The notes under the pieces: model-generated
Told to the model about the DNA's origin: nothing
Databases searched by the model: none
The model's input: only the letters and a program-made list of their open reading frames with translations
Program-made: the position numbers and the translations under genes
Source: an uncultured Candidatus Entotheonella sp.
GTDB lineage: Bacteria > Tectomicrobia > Entotheonellia > Entotheonellales > Entotheonellaceae
Assembly (NCBI GenBank): GCA_965217185.1
Contig: OZ244252.1
Coordinates: forward strand, 1,504,001-1,568,000
Reading direction: 5' to 3'
DNA: 64,000 bases
Shown: piece after piece, positions 59,794 to 64,000 of the stretch
Numbering within the stretch: position 1 is the first letter of the stretch
How the letters are laid out: every line of letters begins with the position of its first letter

Positions 59794-61344
59794 ATGGTTT
59801 GGCAGCCGGAAATCGACGAACTCAACCAGCGCCGGGCGCTGGCTCAAGAGATGGGCGGCGAGGCGGGAATCGCCCGGCAGCAGAAGCGCGGCAAGCTGAC
59901 CGTGCGCGAGCGCATCGAAGCGATATCGGACCCGGGATCGTTCCAGGAAATCGGCGGCCTGGCCGGCAGTGCCACCTACGAGGACAGCAAACTGGTCGCC
60001 TTCACCCCGGCCAATACGGTCATCGGCACGTCCAGGCTCGACGGGCGCAAGGTTGTCTTGAACGCCGGCGATTTCACCGTACGCGGCGGCGCCGCTGACG
60101 CTGCCGTCGGTAACAAGGGCGGCTATGCGCAACGCATGGCCTACGAATGGCGCTTGCCCTACGTGCGGCTGCTGGACGCCGCCGGCGGCAGCGTGCGCAC
60201 GTTTGAGCAGATTGGCCGCACCTACATTCCCGTGTCATCCAGCACGCCGGGGATAGAGCAGTTGCTGTGCACGGTGCCGGTGGTGTCGGCGGTTCTGGGA
60301 TCGGTGGCCGGCCTGCCGGCCGTAGAAGCGTGCCTGTCGCATTTCAGCTTGATGGTCAAGGGCCTCAGTCAGGTTTTTCCCGGCGGCCCGCCGGTGGTGA
60401 AGGCTGCCCTCGGATACGACATTACCAAGGAGGAGTTGGGGGACGAGCGCACCCAGATATACGAGACCGGGGTTATTGATAATCTGGCGGAGAGCGAGGC
60501 CGAGGCGTTCGACATGATCCGGCGTTTCCTCAGCTACCTGCCGACCAACGTCTGGCAACTGCCGCCGCGGGGCGAGATTCCCGGCGATTCGCAACGGCGC
60601 GAGGAGGGGCTGCTTTCCGTGATCCCGAGGCAAAAACGGCGCGCCTACGACCCATACGCCATGCTGGGTTATGTGCTTGACCTCGATTCCTTATTCGAAA
60701 TCTCGCCCTTTTACGGGCGTTCCCGCATCACCGCCTTGGCGCGAGTCAACGGCTATCCGGTCGGCGTCATGGCCCACAACCCTCGGTTTCTCGGCAGTTC
60801 GATGGACATGGCCGCCGGGCAAAAGGTGATCCGCTTTCTGCAGTTGTGCGACACCTTCCACCTGCCCATGGTTTATTTCGCCGACGAGCCGGGCTTCATG
60901 GTCGGGCTCGAGGCTCAAAAACAGGGCATTTTGCGCGGCGGTGCCAAGATGATCTGCACCACGTATCGCACCCGCATGCCGTGGATCAGCATCGTCATTC
61001 GGCAACTTTACGGCGTCGCCGGGCAATGCCACGACCGCCCCGGCGGCATGTTCAAGCGCGTCGCCTGGCCCTCGGCGCACTGGGGCTCCATGCACATCGA
61101 GGGCGGCGCCACCGCGGCCTACCGCCGCGAGATCGAATCCGCTCCCGACCCCGAGGCCGCCCGCCGCGACATCGAGGCCCGTCTGCAAGCCATTGCCTCC
61201 CCTTTCCGCACCGCCGAAGCCTTCAACATCGAAGACATCATCGACCCCCGCGACACCCGCCCTATGCTTTGCGATTTCGTCGACACCGCCCAAGACGTTC
61301 TCCGCACCCAACTCGGCCCCACCGCCGTGCCCTATCAGCCATGA
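59794..61344 (+). CDS. acyl-CoA carboxylase carboxyltransferase subunit
   Basis: GKLTVRERI, DFTVRGG, DEPGFMVG and IIDPRDTR motifs. Confidence 0.9.
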   Translation: MVWQPEIDELNQRRALAQEMGGEAGIARQQKRGKLTVRERIEAISDPGSFQEIGGLAGSATYEDSKLVAFTPANTVIGTSRLDGRKVVLNAGDFTVRGGAADAAVGNKGGYAQRMAYEWRLPYVRLLDAAGGSVRTFEQIGRTYIPVSSSTPGIEQLLCTVPVVSAVLGSVAGLPAVEACLSHFSLMVKGLSQVFPGGPPVVKAALGYDITKEELGDERTQIYETGVIDNLAESEAEAFDMIRRFLSYLPTNVWQLPPRGEIPGDSQRREEGLLSVIPRQKRRAYDPYAMLGYVLDLDSLFEISPFYGRSRITALARVNGYPVGVMAHNPRFLGSSMDMAAGQKVIRFLQLCDTFHLPMVYFADEPGFMVGLEAQKQGILRGGAKMICTTYRTRMPWISIVIRQLYGVAGQCHDRPGGMFKRVAWPSAHWGSMHIEGGATAAYRREIESAPDPEAARRDIEARLQAIASPFRTAEAFNIEDIIDPRDTRPMLCDFVDTAQDVLRTQLGPTAVPYQP

Positions 61345-61467
61345 CCCACCCTGGACGTTCTGCCCGCATCGGATACCATATCCTGGCTCCCGGCAGCGGG
61401 GAGTAATGATTACGCAACGATCCACACCTGACAGTAGGCGTATAGGTTCCGAAGCAGGAGATTTTCA

Positions 61468-63006
61468 ATGAGCTCAGCGTGGATGAGACAAGCGAGACTG
61501 GCCGTTGTAATGGCGGCGTCCGTGTTGGCGATGGTTGGCTGCTCGACCTCCGGTAGCGACAATTTGGCGCACGTGGCACGAATGGCGGCGGAGAAAGAAT
61601 CAGCAAGGGCCAAGCAACTTCTGGCCGACACGCAGTTTGTCTCGGCGGTGGCGAATGCCATGGAGAAAATCGTTGCCCGCGACCAGCGGTTCGACAGCGA
61701 TATGGAAGGCACCACCGGCCGGCTCTTGCCCGGCGGTGATACCGCCTCGGGTTCCGGGGAGGCCATCACGTCCCAATCGTCCCGGGACGGTGGATATGTC
61801 ACCAGTAGCGTTCCGTGGCGCAACGACGACGGGCAATTGGAGTTTTACGTCGAGATAGCCCCTTACGTACAACGCGAGCCCGAGGTGTTAACAACCAGAT
61901 ATGTTGATACGTCCTACCGCCATGGGGAGTTTGAAGGCTTCAAGACTTCATACGGCCCGCTCGACAATCATGGCCTGGGAGCCGGGTGGCAAGGATTCAG
62001 GGCGACGAACCTATACGATGGCGGCGGGACCCTGACGATCCAATTCTATACCGACGTGGGCGATTCCGACGTGCTGGGGAGGCCGTGGGCCAACGATGTT
62101 TCCCAGCGACCGGAGGCGCGGCAGGACATCGTCCTGGACGACCTTCCTTCCCTTCCCGCCGGCCAGGATTGGCGGTCCATTTCCCTCCCGCCAGAGGGCT
62201 TGGCGGGCTCGTTGAACGGTGCCGAGGGCCGCTTCACATGCCTCTCGGGTGCGGAATGCTCGCTCGACAACGAACGTCTGCTGCCGAATTGGCAGGGCTA
62301 CCATCCGGGATACGACAGTTCCAATCACGTGATATTCACTCCAGCGGATGGCGGCATGCCGGTCCGACTTTCCGGCTCCGGTTCCCAAGCGGTACCGCCG
62401 GGGGATTATCTCAGCTTCGGCAACTGGCTGTACGTTCCGGTAGACGTGACCAATACCGATGCCTTTGAAATCGGCGTGTTCGCAGCCGGCCGCGACCCGT
62501 TCGCCGAGACGAACTTGATGGCTCTCAGCGGCACTGCAACCTACACCGGCAAGGCTGCAGGGATCTACTCCGCCGCAGCGCGTCCAATTTCCCAATCTTT
62601 CCATGCCGACGTGGAATTGACGGCTGATTTCGGGACGGACAGCGAATTCGGCACGGTCGACGGGCGGGTATCCGACTTCGTGCTGGATAGTGGAGCGCCG
62701 GCGGCTCTGAGGGAACTGCGTCTGCTGGCGGCGTCCTGGCGGGATGCACAAGGAACGTCGAACGTATTTCCGTCGCAGGATACCGACGGCCCTGCCTTAC
62801 CCGGCGGCTGGATTGAGGGATATACGGCTGCCGATGGCGGCTGGTGGGGCATCTGGGGCGGGAGATTCTTTGGGAACGGCGTCACCAGCACGGACATCCC
62901 GGCTTCCTACGTCGAACATCCGAGGTCCTTTGCCGGGACGTTCGGTGCCACGGACGGCAACCGCAGCTTTGCCGGTTCTTTCGGAGCGCATAAGACCAGC
63001 AGGTAG
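61468..63006 (+). CDS. lipoprotein with a C-terminal TbpB-like beta-barrel
   Basis: Lipobox MVGC; YLSFG.W, GTATYTGKAAG.Y, LTADF, WGGRFFG and a terminal AGTFGA...GSFGA pattern. Confidence 0.75.
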   Translation: MSSAWMRQARLAVVMAASVLAMVGCSTSGSDNLAHVARMAAEKESARAKQLLADTQFVSAVANAMEKIVARDQRFDSDMEGTTGRLLPGGDTASGSGEAITSQSSRDGGYVTSSVPWRNDDGQLEFYVEIAPYVQREPEVLTTRYVDTSYRHGEFEGFKTSYGPLDNHGLGAGWQGFRATNLYDGGGTLTIQFYTDVGDSDVLGRPWANDVSQRPEARQDIVLDDLPSLPAGQDWRSISLPPEGLAGSLNGAEGRFTCLSGAECSLDNERLLPNWQGYHPGYDSSNHVIFTPADGGMPVRLSGSGSQAVPPGDYLSFGNWLYVPVDVTNTDAFEIGVFAAGRDPFAETNLMALSGTATYTGKAAGIYSAAARPISQSFHADVELTADFGTDSEFGTVDGRVSDFVLDSGAPAALRELRLLAASWRDAQGTSNVFPSQDTDGPALPGGWIEGYTAADGGWWGIWGGRFFGNGVTSTDIPASYVEHPRSFAGTFGATDGNRSFAGSFGAHKTSR

Positions 63007-63012
63007 ACCCAC

Positions 63013-64000
63013 ATGGACACCAATCCTGGTTCCGAAGCAGGATCGGCCGTCGATCCATCGGTAGCCAGAAGTTTCGTTCAACTCCCCCCAAGACAGCTCG
63101 CGCTGGCGGTGAGCGGCGTAATACTGGCAATGTTCCTGTCCGTCCTCAGCCAGACCATTGTCGCCACCGCGATGCCTCGCATCATCGCCGACCTGGGCGG
63201 CTTCGACCGCTACACCTGGGTGTCAACCGCATATCTGGTTGCAGCCACGGTCGCCATTCCGATTGCGGGCAGGCTCTCCGATATCTACGGGCGCAGGGCG
63301 TTCCTCATCCTCGGCCTGGTGGTTTTCACGCTCTGCTCGATTCCGGCGGGTCTGAGCCAATCCATGAATCAACTCGTCGCCTCCCGCGCCCTGCAAGGCA
63401 TCGGCGGCGGCATCATCACCGCCAGCTGCTTTGCCGCCGGCGCGGACCTGTTCCCGCCCCGGAATCGAGGCAGGTTTCAAGCCTTCGCGGGGCTTGCGTT
63501 TGGCATCGCTGCGGTCATGGGGCCGCTGCTGGGCGGGTTCATCACCGACTTCTTTGCCTGGAACTGGATCTTCCTGTTGAACGTTCCTGTCGGGGTTGCG
63601 GTGCTGCTGGTCGTGCAAGCCTTCCCGAGAATCCGTCCCGAGGTCGAGGATCGCCGGCTGGACTATCCCGGCATGTTGACGTTGATACTTGCTGTGGTGT
63701 CCATCATGGTCGGCCTGTCATGGGGACACGGCGCCTCGGCGCCGGCCATCGGCCTCGTGGCATTCGGGGTGGCCATGGCCGCCGCATTCATAATCATCGA
63801 GTCAAAATCCGATTTTCCCATCATGCCCCTGGAAATCTACCGGGACCGGACGGTGGCGGTCTCGGTGATCGTCGTGTTACTGACCGGCTTTGGGCTTTAC
63901 GGCAGCGTCCTTTTCACCCCCTTGTTCTTTCAGGGAACCCTGGACACGTCCGCGGCGGGCAGCGGCAGCGTCCTGGCCCCGATGGTGTTCGGCCTGGTCT
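63013..64000 (+). CDS. DHA2-type MFS efflux transporter, running off the window end
   Basis: QTIVATAMPRII.DLGG, GRLSDIYGRR, RALQGIGGG, GPLLGG.IT and WIFLLNVP motifs. Confidence 0.9.
   Translation, partial: MDTNPGSEAGSAVDPSVARSFVQLPPRQLALAVSGVILAMFLSVLSQTIVATAMPRIIADLGGFDRYTWVSTAYLVAATVAIPIAGRLSDIYGRRAFLILGLVVFTLCSIPAGLSQSMNQLVASRALQGIGGGIITASCFAAGADLFPPRNRGRFQAFAGLAFGIAAVMGPLLGGFITDFFAWNWIFLLNVPVGVAVLLVVQAFPRIRPEVEDRRLDYPGMLTLILAVVSIMVGLSWGHGASAPAIGLVAFGVAMAAAFIIIESKSDFPIMPLEIYRDRTVAVSVIVVLLTGFGLYGSVLFTPLFFQGTLDTSAAGSGSVLAPMVFGLV

Noticed and set aside
63013..63120. Suspected frameshift at the C-run near the MFS start
   Set aside because: The run is C6 and keeps the frame; the ORF is absent from the track only because it runs off the window.

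Overview
This is a GC-rich (by eye >60%) bacterial chromosomal window. It mostly holds heterotrophic-metabolism genes: two carbohydrate ABC systems, tungstate TupBCA, SDRs, a CoA-transferase, a CitE-like lyase, an SSS symporter, prpB and a carboxyltransferase, plus pyrF, hflX and TatD. The gene repertoire resembles marine sponge-associated Tectomicrobia/Deltaproteobacteria-like genomes (inference only). No rRNA, tRNA or CRISPR array was seen. The main accessory feature is a 6.3-kb segment (12132-18420) bounded by two directly oriented ~260-bp Tn3-type miniature elements with 38-bp inverted repeats. Its cargo is a PPC-repeat gene broken at a G9 tract and an AT-rich three-gene operon: a small ART/PARP-motif protein, a protein with a Ser/Asn-rich tail, and a DUF6941-like protein. 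That operon is my best candidate for an undescribed tripartite toxin-antitoxin or defence system. Other notable points are an Fe-SOD remnant and IS630 scar beside intact sodN/sodX, a probable ATC start for hflX, a signal-peptide DNA ligase next to an EEP lipoprotein, and repeated loss of toxic partners (BrnT, HicA, a restriction endonuclease). All family calls come from reading motifs by eye; no database search was run.
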